Shown here piece by piece: positions 37,115 through 46,163 of a stretch of 64,000 bases of DNA. The stretch lies in the NCBI GenBank assembly GCA_020630805.1, contig JAHDIM010000002.1, positions 641 to 64,640 on the forward strand, in the 5' to 3' direction. How positions within the stretch are numbered: the stretch's first letter is position 1; every line of letters begins with the position of its first letter. The translations under genes and the position numbers were made by a program. The DNA is from Anaerolineales bacterium (GTDB lineage: Bacteria; Chloroflexota; Anaerolineae; Anaerolineales; UBA6668). The notes under the pieces were generated by a model that saw only the letters and a list, made by a program, of their open reading frames with translations, was not told the origin of the DNA and made no database searches.

Positions 37115-39508
37115 ATGTCTGTAGCGTATCGAAAAGTTTGGCGTGATTTGTGGCGCAATTGGCCGCGCACATTGCTTGTAGTGTTGAGTATTGCCACTGG
37201 GGTAATGTCCCTTGGCATGGTGCTGGCTGCAAATGATGTCATGCTTGGAGAAATGTCGCGCAAATATACATCGACTACGCCGCCACATGCCATTTTGTAT
37301 CTCAATCGCAATGTTGATGATGCAACCCTCAAAGCCATCCGCCGTCTGCCAGAAATTGAAGACGTGCAAGGCGTCAACGACTTTTATCTCAATTACAAAT
37401 TCAATGAAGCCGACCCGTGGAGCGACGAAGGGGCAGAAGTCATCATTCTGGATGACTTCTCTGCGCAGCGCTACAACGTTCTCACGTTGACTGGGGGAGA
37501 ATGGCCAGATAGCAACTCGCTCTTAGCGCCTGACAATCATGTCATTGACTACAACTTGCCTGAATTTGGTGGCAATGTTTACTTTGAAATCAATGAGCGT
37601 TCGCGTGCGTTTAAATTAGCTGGGCAAGCTTACTCCGCAGACTCATTCTCACCCCCGTTTTCTGACACGCCCGTGTTTTATGTAGATCAGAAGTTTGCGC
37701 TGCGGCATTTTGATCAGAGTGGCTACAACCAAATTCGTTTCCACATTACCGATTATTCTGAAGCCGATTTAGACCACGCAATTGGCGCAGCCAAAGACAA
37801 ACTGCAAAAACAAGATGTTCGGGTTGGATATGTACACAAGAACGTGCCAGGTGATCATCCAATTCAAGAGATTTTCAATGGCGTTGGCATGATCCTGACC
37901 GTCATGGCGATTGCGCTTTTGGTGCTCAGTCTGTTCTTAGTCATCAACACCATCAATGCTGTAATTGTGCAGCAGGTGCCGCAAGTTGGCATCATGAAAA
38001 CGATAGGTGGGGTGACAAAACAGATCTCACGGCTTTACCTAGCTGGCGTTGCGATTTACGGTTTACTGAGTCTAGGCGTCGCAGTTCCCCTTGGCATCTA
38101 TGGCTCAAATGCGCTTTCGCAATACATGTTGGGTCTCATCAACGTGCCAATTGATGGCGTGCAGATTTTGCCAAAAGTGGTTGGACTGCAACTTGGGGCA
38201 GGGTTAGTCACGCCAATTTTGGCTGGACTATGGCCGATTTTCCAAGGTGCGGCAATCTCTGTGCGAGAAGCACTGCAAGCCGGATTTGGTGGGTCAGGTG
38301 GCTATGGTAACCGTGGTCTTGACCGTTGGCTGGCAAAAGTCAGACGGATGCCGCGCATATTAGTATTGTCCTTGCGCAACACCTTCCGCCGCTTGTCACG
38401 GATGCTCATGACATTGACTGTGCTGGTTCTGGCTGGGACTGTCTTCATGATGGTGTTTGCCACGAGTGCCTCGTTGGTCGGCACCATCGATGATATTTGG
38501 GAAGGCTTTGGTTTTGATGTGATTGTTGGGTTCGACCGCCCACAGCGCATTGCAGAGCTTGTGCCGCTGATTGAGTCGCGATCTGGAATTGACGGCGCTG
38601 AAATGTGGGTTTGGACCACGGCGACAGGTCGCGTGCCAGGCAACAAAGACATCACCCAAGATCAGCGCATTCGCGTCCGCGCAGTTCCCAAAGATAGTGA
38701 GCTATATGATCCGAAACTGGTCGATGGCCGGGCGTTGAACTACGATGATCAGCATGCGGTGTTATTGAATCAAGAAATTGCCAACGAACGCGGATATGCC
38801 GTGGGTGATGAGATTGAGCTTGATTTCGGGCCGCAAGGCAAAACGGTCTGGCAGATTGTTGGGCTGGTCGCAGACATCACAGGCAATCAGCAGACGGCCT
38901 ATGTGCATCGGGAAGTTCTGAATCAGTCTCTCAACCAAGTGGGGCGGGCGAGCGTTGCTGAAATTGTGACGCAAGATAAAACGCTTGAGGGCCAAATTGC
39001 CATCCAAAAAGATTTGGAAGCTTTCCTTGAGACTCAGGGGATTGAAGTCTCTTGGGGCTACAGTGCTGCCGAAGATCGGGCCGAGTCGCAAGCGCAGTTC
39101 AATATCCTTATCAACATCTTGCTGATTATGACCGTGCTGATGGCTTTGGTCGGCAGCATTGGCTTGTCGGGGACGCTCTCGATCAACGTGATTGAACGCA
39201 AACGTGAAATCGGTGTAATGCGGGCAGTAGGGGCTTCTTCGATGGATGTTGCCCTGATTTTTATTATTGAGGGGTTGTTTGTTGGGCTTGTCAGTTGGCT
39301 GATTGCGGTGCCGATCAGTCGTTTTGCGGGGCAGTACTTTGTGCAAGGCATTGGCGCTGCCATCGATTTCCCTGCGTCTTATCACACGGATATGGTCGGG
39401 GTGTGGCTGTGGCTAGGGATTGTCACCATCCTTTCCATTGTGTTCAGTATTTTGCCAGCGCGTCGCGCAACCCAAATTAGCGTGGCCCAAAGTTTGGCTT
39501 ACGAATAA
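37115..39508 (+). CDS. ABC transporter permease, internally duplicated FtsX/MacB-type (two extracytoplasmic domains, ~10 TM)
   Basis: 797 aa. It begins with the typical YRKVWRDLWRNWPRTLL TM helix. Two large loop domains are each followed by 3 TM helices. The end is the characteristic ILPARRATQISVAQSLAYE. Confidence 0.88.
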   Translation: MSVAYRKVWRDLWRNWPRTLLVVLSIATGVMSLGMVLAANDVMLGEMSRKYTSTTPPHAILYLNRNVDDATLKAIRRLPEIEDVQGVNDFYLNYKFNEADPWSDEGAEVIILDDFSAQRYNVLTLTGGEWPDSNSLLAPDNHVIDYNLPEFGGNVYFEINERSRAFKLAGQAYSADSFSPPFSDTPVFYVDQKFALRHFDQSGYNQIRFHITDYSEADLDHAIGAAKDKLQKQDVRVGYVHKNVPGDHPIQEIFNGVGMILTVMAIALLVLSLFLVINTINAVIVQQVPQVGIMKTIGGVTKQISRLYLAGVAIYGLLSLGVAVPLGIYGSNALSQYMLGLINVPIDGVQILPKVVGLQLGAGLVTPILAGLWPIFQGAAISVREALQAGFGGSGGYGNRGLDRWLAKVRRMPRILVLSLRNTFRRLSRMLMTLTVLVLAGTVFMMVFATSASLVGTIDDIWEGFGFDVIVGFDRPQRIAELVPLIESRSGIDGAEMWVWTTATGRVPGNKDITQDQRIRVRAVPKDSELYDPKLVDGRALNYDDQHAVLLNQEIANERGYAVGDEIELDFGPQGKTVWQIVGLVADITGNQQTAYVHREVLNQSLNQVGRASVAEIVTQDKTLEGQIAIQKDLEAFLETQGIEVSWGYSAAEDRAESQAQFNILINILLIMTVLMALVGSIGLSGTLSINVIERKREIGVMRAVGASSMDVALIFIIEGLFVGLVSWLIAVPISRFAGQYFVQGIGAAIDFPASYHTDMVGVWLWLGIVTILSIVFSILPARRATQISVAQSLAYE

Positions 39509-39534
39509 GTACAACGCCATAACCTCATAAATTC

Positions 39535-39587
39535 ACAAAGCGTGGGTCTTCGAATACCTAAGGTGTTTTATAAGACCCACGCTTTGT
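39535..39587 (+). terminator. Strong hairpin after the permease gene (possible terminator, no clean T-run)
   Basis: A 16-bp perfect stem ACAAAGCGTGGGTCTT / AAGACCCACGCTTTGT with a 21-nt loop. Confidence 0.5.
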
Positions 39588-39615
39588 CGTTAAGCCAGAA
39601 TGAGCGCAACATGAG

Positions 39616-39637
39616 ACTTACTTATCGATCAGTAAGT
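39616..39637. promoter_or_regulatory. Candidate TetR operator 1: ACTTACTtATCGATcAGTAAGT
   Basis: A 22-nt palindrome with one mismatched pair, 61 nt upstream of the tetR ATG. Confidence 0.55.
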
Positions 39638-39672
39638 TTGTTGACTCTCAGTTAGAACATTGCTAGACTTAG

Positions 39673-39692
39673 CTTACTTATCGATTAGTAAG
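39673..39692. promoter_or_regulatory. Candidate TetR operator 2: CTTACTtATCGATtAGTAAG
   Basis: A second copy of the same palindrome, ending 5 nt before the tetR ATG at 39698. Confidence 0.55.
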
Positions 39693-39697
39693 TAACT

Positions 39698-40297
39698 ATG
39701 AGCAAGCAAAACCTCGGCGACACCATCATCAGAAATGCGGCAGAACTCTTCCGCAAACAAGGCTATAAAGCCACCTCTATTAAGCAGATTGCGAATGCGT
39801 CTGACTGCACTACAGCAGCGCTGTATTACTACTTTGAAGGTGGTAAAGCAGAGATCCTAGAAACTGTGATGCAGCGTATGGCACCAGATCAGTTGCTGCC
39901 AGAAGAAAAGCGCGCCTTGCCAGACACTCTGGCTGAATTCTTCGAAATTCGTACCAATCTGATGAAAAGCAATATGCCGCAGTTGGCAGAGCGCGTGCGT
40001 TGGTTGTTGATGGAACTTGCTAATCTTTCTGAAGAAGACAAAGCGCCGTTCCAACGCCAACTTCTTGGAATTCAAGCTGAAATGCAAAAAAGCCTGGGTG
40101 CCTACGTGGAAGATGAAACGTTAGCCAGGCAAGTCTCATGGGTCATGTTCTGCTCCATGTTTGGTTACCAGCAACTGGTCGTGATGATGGGCTTGCAAGA
40201 CGAGTCTGGGCTAGATCCAGATAACTATGTTGAAGCAGTTCGTAACGTTATCTTCAAAGACTTACTGCACCTTGAAAAGCGTGTGGATCATGAGTAG
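39698..40297 (+). CDS. TetR/AcrR-family transcriptional regulator
   Basis: 199 aa. The HTH region reads AAELFRKQGYKATSIKQIANASDCTTAALYYYF. Confidence 0.88.
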   Translation: MSKQNLGDTIIRNAAELFRKQGYKATSIKQIANASDCTTAALYYYFEGGKAEILETVMQRMAPDQLLPEEKRALPDTLAEFFEIRTNLMKSNMPQLAERVRWLLMELANLSEEDKAPFQRQLLGIQAEMQKSLGAYVEDETLARQVSWVMFCSMFGYQQLVVMMGLQDESGLDPDNYVEAVRNVIFKDLLHLEKRVDHE

Positions 40298-40306
40298 AGG
40301 GCAGCG

Positions 40307-41818
40307 ATGAAAGCAGAAACGCCACTCTTTGAAGTCAAAAATATCACCAAGGTTTTTACAACTGGCGCAGGCGATTTTGAAGCGCTCAAAGATATTTCGT
40401 TCGATATTTATCGTGGGGAATTTCTAGGAATTGTCGGGCGGTCTGGTGCCGGTAAGTCAACGCTACTCAATATGCTGTCTGGTGTAAGCGACTTGACCGC
40501 TGGTGAAGTTATCTACTACGAAACCGATGGCTCAGCCGTGTCTGTGCACAGTCTGAATCAAAACCAACTTGCTAAATGGCGCGGGAAGAATATGGGCATT
40601 GTCTATCAGTCATTTGAGCTGATGCCGATGTTAGACCTCGTCAATAACGTGCTGCTACCGCAGGATTTTCTAGGCCGCTACAAGCGCATTGCTAGTCCTA
40701 AACAAGCAGTAGATTTGCTGACCCAAGTTGAAATTGGCGAACATGCTTACAAGATACCGGCGCATATTTCTGGTGGTCAAAAACAGCGCGTTGCAATTGC
40801 TCGCTCGCTTACCAACAATCCGGATGTCATCATTGCGGATGAACCTACGGGTAGTCTAGATAGCCGTACCTCTGAAACAATTTTCAATATTTTCAAAGAT
40901 CTTGTTGCGCAAGGCAAAACTGTTGTCATGGTGACACATGACAAGTCCTTGAAAGGACGCTTTGATCGGACGTTGGAAATTTCAGACGGCCGCATTAGTG
41001 GTGAAGTCAAACGCGGGCAGTATGTTGAACTGCCCGCCTCAGAAGCACAGTGGCAAGAGCCTGAAAAAGAAGCTTTAGACGAAGCGCTCGTTGGGAGCGT
41101 TGGGGCAGCGCGTGAAGAAAGCGCCATTGTGCTTGAAGATGTCAGTAAGACATATGTCGGCCCAGCTGGCGAGTTTACTGCTTTACAAGACATCAATTTA
41201 GATTTTCGCTACGGTGAATTTGTGTCCATTGTCGGGCAATCTGGGAGTGGTAAATCTACGTTGCTCAATATGCTGACCGGCATTGATCTCCCAACAACGG
41301 GCGATGTCACGATCAACAATGTTGATGTTTACGGCATGACAGAAAGTCAACGGGCGCTCTGGCGTGGGCGCAATCTTGGGATTGTCTTTCAATTCTTCCA
41401 GTTGCTACCTCAACTGACTCTACTTGAAAACATCATGCTGCCGATGGACTATTGCAATGTCTACAAACCGCGCGAACGCAAGCAAAAGGCTCTTGAGTTG
41501 CTAGATCGCGTCGGTCTGAAAGACTTTGCCCGCAAAATGCCGTCAGCTGTGTCTACGGGGCAACAGCAAAGTGCGGCAATTGCCCGGGCACTTGCCAATG
41601 ATCCGCCGATCATTGTGGCAGATGAACCTACTGGGAATTTAGATACCAAAGCCGCAAACACGATTGTTGAATTGTTCCGCAGTTTGGCTGCGCAAGGAAA
41701 AACGATCCTCATTGTGACGCATGACCCTGAGCTCACCCGTTACACTGACCGCACAATCACGTTGGTAGATGGGTTTGTTGTAGATCGTGAATTGGAACCA
41801 GCACTTTCGGTCGCATAA
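40307..41818 (+). CDS. Tandem (two-NBD) ABC transporter ATP-binding protein, MacB/LolD type
   Basis: 503 aa. NBD1 has GRSGAGKST, ISGGQKQR, IIADEPTGSLD and MVTHD. NBD2 has GQSGSGKST, a degenerate signature [19 protein letters not shown] and IVTHD. Confidence 0.88.
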   Translation: MKAETPLFEVKNITKVFTTGAGDFEALKDISFDIYRGEFLGIVGRSGAGKSTLLNMLSGVSDLTAGEVIYYETDGSAVSVHSLNQNQLAKWRGKNMGIVYQSFELMPMLDLVNNVLLPQDFLGRYKRIASPKQAVDLLTQVEIGEHAYKIPAHISGGQKQRVAIARSLTNNPDVIIADEPTGSLDSRTSETIFNIFKDLVAQGKTVVMVTHDKSLKGRFDRTLEISDGRISGEVKRGQYVELPASEAQWQEPEKEALDEALVGSVGAAREESAIVLEDVSKTYVGPAGEFTALQDINLDFRYGEFVSIVGQSGSGKSTLLNMLTGIDLPTTGDVTINNVDVYGMTESQRALWRGRNLGIVFQFFQLLPQLTLLENIMLPMDYCNVYKPRERKQKALELLDRVGLKDFARKMPSAVSTGQQQSAAIARALANDPPIIVADEPTGNLDTKAANTIVELFRSLAAQGKTILIVTHDPELTRYTDRTITLVDGFVVDRELEPALSVA

Positions 41819-41819
41819 C

Positions 41820-44234
41820 ATGGCAAAAACGAAAACATATTTCACATCGCCACGTTGGCTCAAAGTCTTTTTTGATATTTGGGAAAACCGTTCGCGCACA
41901 ATCCTTGTGATTGCTTCAATTGCCGTCGGTGTTTTTGCGGTCGGCATGATCCTTACGGCTTACAACATCTTGTCAGATGACATGGAGACTGGGTACAGCT
42001 CGGTCAATCCGGCCAATATTAGTATTTTGACCGATCCATTTGACCAAGCGTTTGTAGACTCGGTTAGTCGCATTGAAGGGGTTCGTCAGGCTGAAGGTCG
42101 CCATCGGACCACGATGCGGATGAGCCAAGACAATGGCCTTTCCTGGCGCGGGCTGAACGTCTTTGCCGTTGACGACTTTTCTGACTCCGACGTGTTCAGA
42201 CGCGTCGCAATTGAAGGCACTAGTGAACCCGAAGATAAGCAAATCTTGGTTGAGTCGCGCATTGCAGAGAGCTTAGGCATTGCCATTGGCGATGAACTGC
42301 TCATTCGATTACCGAACGGCCTTGAACGAACAGTTTCTGTGGTCGGGTTAGTGCGAGACCAGGCTATTAGCGACGGCCCCAATGCCCCTGCTGTTGTCTT
42401 TGTCACTATGGATACGTTGACTTGGTTGGGGCAACCTTCGCGGTTCAATCAATTGTTGGTCACTGTCGAAGGTGATGGGAACGACCAAGACCACATCGAT
42501 GCAATTTCTGCCTTAGTTGAAGATCGGGTAGAGCGTAATAATGGCACGCTCTATTCTTCTACGACCAACCGCACGAGCGAACACCCGGCCAGTAATACGG
42601 TGTTGGCTATTCTGACTGTGATGGGCGCGATGGGCGGCCTGATGCTGTTGTTGGGGAGCTCTTTGATTGCGAACACCTTGACTGCGCTAATCAATCAGCA
42701 ATTGCGTCAAATTGGCGTGATGAAGCTAGTCGGGGCGCGCAGTTTGCAAATTGTTGGGATGTATCTCATCCTGATCATCATTCTCTCCCTGATCTCATTA
42801 GCAGTGTCAATTCCGCTCGGCACAATAGGTGGGCACCGTTTCGCAGTCTTCTTTGGTGGCATTGTTGGGCTAGAAATCGGACCAATGCGCGTTGTTCCCA
42901 TTGCGATTATTGTGCAAACGATTATTGCTGTGCTGGTTCCTATTCTGGCTGGCATTCTGCCCGTTATTCGCGGGTCAAGACTCACCGTAGAAGATGCGAT
43001 TAGTGACGGTGACGAAGGAAGTTCCAAAAAATGGTTCGCTTGGTTAGACCGCATTGGCGAATCACTAGACTGGATATCAAGACCGTTGTTGGTGTCCATT
43101 CGCAACACGTTCCGCAATCCATCGCGCTTGTCGCTGACGTTGTTTACGCTGACGGTTGCCGGTGCAATCTTTATTTCTGTTTTCAACATGCAGGCGTCAC
43201 TTCAAGGGTTTATTGGCAATGTGAGCCAACTGTTCCTCGCGGATGTCACCATTGATCTAGCCCAGACCTATCGTGATACTGAAATTGCGGCGTTTGTGGA
43301 AGACGTGCCCGGTGTGGTGCAAACCGAAGCGTGGATTAGCGCCGTGGGAGAAGTTGCCCAAAACGATGGCAATGACGTGGTGTTTGCATTGTCTGGCGTG
43401 CCAGACAGCAGTCCCATGATCAATCCTGTGCTGAAAGAAGGGCGCTTTTTGAGGCCGGGTGATATGAACGCAATTGCGGTTGCCGAAACGGTTTGGGAAG
43501 AATTCCCTGACCTTGCACCCGGTGACGTTATTCAAATGGGCATTGACGATGGACGCGAACAAGCGTGGACCGTGGTTGGTATTTATGCGTTCCCAGGCCG
43601 TGATGTTGACACCATCTTTGGCTATGTCCCGTACGATATTCTGGCACCGCTGACCAATCAAACTGGTCGCGCGTCTACACTAAAGGTTTTGACAGACACG
43701 CACACCATTGACGCCCAACGCGACATGGCGAATGTGCTAGATGCCAAACTGAAAGATCAGGGGATCAAGCTTACGAATGTAGAGCCAGGGCTGACCACTG
43801 TTGAAGGCGTATCTGAAGGCATCAATACTTTGGTGACGCTCTTCTTGGGTATGGCTGTGTTAACGGCAATTGTTGGCAGCATTGGCTTGGCGGGGATGAT
43901 GTCAATGAATGTAATGGAACGTATTCGTGAAATTGGGATCTTGCGCGCGATTGGGGCTGTGGATGGCGCCGTGATGCGCTCAGTCTTAGTTGAAGGGGTA
44001 TTCATTGGTGTGCTAAGCTGGCTTTTTGGAATTGTGTTGTCTTTTCCAATTAGCTCTGCGCTACTCACCATGGTGAGTCTGGCACTTACCAACTCGGTCA
44101 TGCCACTCAAATTTAGCCCGACTGGCTTCTGGCTTTGGTTTGTTGTGATCCTTGTCTTGTCAGCCGTGGCAAGTATTTTGCCAGCGCGGAATGCATCGCG
44201 TTTGACCATTCGTGAGGTGCTTGCGTACGAATAA
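41820..44234 (+). CDS. ABC transporter permease, internally duplicated FtsX/MacB-type
   Basis: The ATG at 41820 lies 1 nt after the upstream TAA and gives MAKTKTYFTSPRWLKVFFDIWEN. The architecture matches 37115-39508 and the protein ends ILPARNASRLTIREVLAYE. The track start at 41787 overlaps the ATPase gene. Confidence 0.88.
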   Translation: MAKTKTYFTSPRWLKVFFDIWENRSRTILVIASIAVGVFAVGMILTAYNILSDDMETGYSSVNPANISILTDPFDQAFVDSVSRIEGVRQAEGRHRTTMRMSQDNGLSWRGLNVFAVDDFSDSDVFRRVAIEGTSEPEDKQILVESRIAESLGIAIGDELLIRLPNGLERTVSVVGLVRDQAISDGPNAPAVVFVTMDTLTWLGQPSRFNQLLVTVEGDGNDQDHIDAISALVEDRVERNNGTLYSSTTNRTSEHPASNTVLAILTVMGAMGGLMLLLGSSLIANTLTALINQQLRQIGVMKLVGARSLQIVGMYLILIIILSLISLAVSIPLGTIGGHRFAVFFGGIVGLEIGPMRVVPIAIIVQTIIAVLVPILAGILPVIRGSRLTVEDAISDGDEGSSKKWFAWLDRIGESLDWISRPLLVSIRNTFRNPSRLSLTLFTLTVAGAIFISVFNMQASLQGFIGNVSQLFLADVTIDLAQTYRDTEIAAFVEDVPGVVQTEAWISAVGEVAQNDGNDVVFALSGVPDSSPMINPVLKEGRFLRPGDMNAIAVAETVWEEFPDLAPGDVIQMGIDDGREQAWTVVGIYAFPGRDVDTIFGYVPYDILAPLTNQTGRASTLKVLTDTHTIDAQRDMANVLDAKLKDQGIKLTNVEPGLTTVEGVSEGINTLVTLFLGMAVLTAIVGSIGLAGMMSMNVMERIREIGILRAIGAVDGAVMRSVLVEGVFIGVLSWLFGIVLSFPISSALLTMVSLALTNSVMPLKFSPTGFWLWFVVILVLSAVASILPARNASRLTIREVLAYE

Positions 44235-44385
44235 CGGTACACTTCTTTAGGCAGAAACGCTTTTGGTTGTTTACCAGATTAGTTTTGAAACAAAACGCAT
44301 TTACATGCGTAATAGGGTGTATGCCCATTTATTGCAGATAAAAAAGAAATCCATACACAAAGTTTAGTTAGGTGTAGAAAACGAA

Positions 44386-46128
44386 ATGATGAAACCATAT
44401 CAACGAAATCTGCTGGCACTCTTGATGGTGCTGTCTCTAGGACTAGTTGCATGTAGCGGTGGCGATGACGCTGCCTCTGGCGCTGAAGGCGAATCGACCG
44501 AAATCCCAATTGTCATCGATGACTTTGAAGTTGTTGCAGATGGCCGCGTTGTTCCTGTGAACGATGTAGATCTTTCTTTTGAGATTGGCGGTCAGATTGC
44601 TGAAGTCTTAGTCGAAGAAGGCGATGTGATTAGTGCTGGCGATGTGATTGCGCGCTTGACCAATGTTGAACAGCTTGAAGCGGCTGTGTCAGCCTCTGAG
44701 CTGGAATTGCAGTCTGCAGCGCTTGAAAAACAATCTGCGCAGTCTGAATTACTAAATGCAGAAAAAGCACTGGCCGATCTCTACGAACAATTTGACGTTG
44801 AAGATCCAAGCATCAAGCTGCAAATTGCCCAGTTACAAGATCAAATTGCAACCTCGCGTGATGCACTTGACGATGCAGAAGATGATCTGACTTATTTCGT
44901 AGACGCTGAAAGCCGTGATCTTGAGTATTACGAAGACTTGGTCGAAGCTGCTGAAGATCGTGTCGAAGCGGCTGTAGATGCTATTGATGATGCCGAACGC
45001 GGATTGCTCACCGCCCAACAAAATACGCAAATCTTCGAAGTTGGCGCTCAGCGCGATGAAACGACACAGTTACAAACGCTGGAACAGACGGCAGCTCTAA
45101 TTGAACTCGGGCCGCTGCAAGACCTTGTCCGCGTTGCGCAAGATCAGTTGCGTTACAACCGTGAGCAGCTTGGCAATGCCGAAGTTGCCCACAATGACAA
45201 CTGTCGCGAACGGGATGAAGATGAAGATCTGCCTGCTTGTCGCACAACCGATGCCGTCCACTTGGGTCAAAGTATTGAGCAATGGCAAACCAATGTGAGG
45301 GATGCTGAAACTAACTTAGACGAAGCTGAACTCAATTTAGAAAAAGCCCGTCAAGACAATGCCAATGCCGTGGCTGAAGCACAAATTGCTGCGCAAGAAG
45401 TGCAAACGTCACGTGACATTTCACGCACAAACAACGCGAACGCAATTGGCGATGCAAACGAGGCAATTGGCGATGCAAACGAACATTTAGCAGACATGCA
45501 AGAAGACCTGGCAGAAGCCCGAGCTGACTTGGAAGCAGAACGCAACTATGTTGCATCTGACATTCGCATTTCGCAAACCGAAGCTGACATTGAAGTTGCC
45601 AAAGCCCAAATCGCAGATGCGATCCATCGGATTGAAGAACTCAATGCTGGCCCAGAAGCAGATGATGTGGCTGTCATTGAAGCCCGCATTGAAACGGCTA
45701 AGGTTCGCCTCGCGACAGCAGAAAGTCGTCTGATCACTGGCGAAGCGAATTTGGCCGCAGCCAAAGCAAATTTGGAAGACTTGGAACTCGTCGCACCAAT
45801 CGGTGGGACCGTGACGAACTTGTCACTCAAGGTTGGCGAGCAAGTTGCGCCGGGTGCACCGGCACTAACAGTGGCAGATATTTCTGACTGGGTTGTCGAA
45901 ACTGAGAACTTGACGGAAATTGAAGTGCCAAGCGTAACCGTTGGTCAAGCGGTAACCATCGTGCCAGATGCACTGCCTGATTTAGAATTGTCTGGCGTTG
46001 TCGAATCGATCGACAATAATTTTATTGAACGCGCTGGTGACATTACCTATACCGTGAACATCAAAATTACTGAAACTGATCCACGCCTGCGTTGGGGGAT
46101 GACGGTGGTTGTGACGTTCAAGGAGTAA
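44386..46128 (+). CDS. HlyD/MacA-family periplasmic adaptor lipoprotein with a very long coiled-coil insert
   Basis: 580 aa. The lipobox is LGLVAC. The lipoyl half-motifs are GQIAEVLVEEGDVISAGDVIARL (about aa 69-91) and LVAPIGGTVTNLSLKVGEQVAPG (about aa 468-490). About 375 residues of heptad-like, Ala/Glu/Asp/Gln-rich sequence separate them. Confidence 0.8.
   Translation: MMKPYQRNLLALLMVLSLGLVACSGGDDAASGAEGESTEIPIVIDDFEVVADGRVVPVNDVDLSFEIGGQIAEVLVEEGDVISAGDVIARLTNVEQLEAAVSASELELQSAALEKQSAQSELLNAEKALADLYEQFDVEDPSIKLQIAQLQDQIATSRDALDDAEDDLTYFVDAESRDLEYYEDLVEAAEDRVEAAVDAIDDAERGLLTAQQNTQIFEVGAQRDETTQLQTLEQTAALIELGPLQDLVRVAQDQLRYNREQLGNAEVAHNDNCRERDEDEDLPACRTTDAVHLGQSIEQWQTNVRDAETNLDEAELNLEKARQDNANAVAEAQIAAQEVQTSRDISRTNNANAIGDANEAIGDANEHLADMQEDLAEARADLEAERNYVASDIRISQTEADIEVAKAQIADAIHRIEELNAGPEADDVAVIEARIETAKVRLATAESRLITGEANLAAAKANLEDLELVAPIGGTVTNLSLKVGEQVAPGAPALTVADISDWVVETENLTEIEVPSVTVGQAVTIVPDALPDLELSGVVESIDNNFIERAGDITYTVNIKITETDPRLRWGMTVVVTFKE
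45442..45483 (+). repeat. In-frame 2 x 21-nt tandem duplication (AIGDANE AIGDANE) inside the adaptor coiled coil
   Basis: gcaattggcgatgcaaacgag / gcaattggcgatgcaaacgaa, 20 of 21 nt identical. Confidence 0.9.
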
Positions 46129-46163
46129 TGTTGCGATTGGTAAATTGCATTTATAAGTGAGTT

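Noticed and set aside
37007-37377. Minus-strand ORFs of 120 aa and 93 aa
   Set aside because: They are antisense to the permease start and to the low-complexity CCAAC/GTTGG spacer. They have no motifs.
38762-39385. 207-aa minus-strand ORF, with similar long antisense ORFs at 42707-43189, 43257-43661, 43757-44242, 46533-47009 and 59181-59744
   Set aside because: Each lies wholly inside a longer sense-strand gene that has clear family motifs or a signal peptide. Their compositions (Arg/His/Pro/Asn-rich) are typical of antisense translation.
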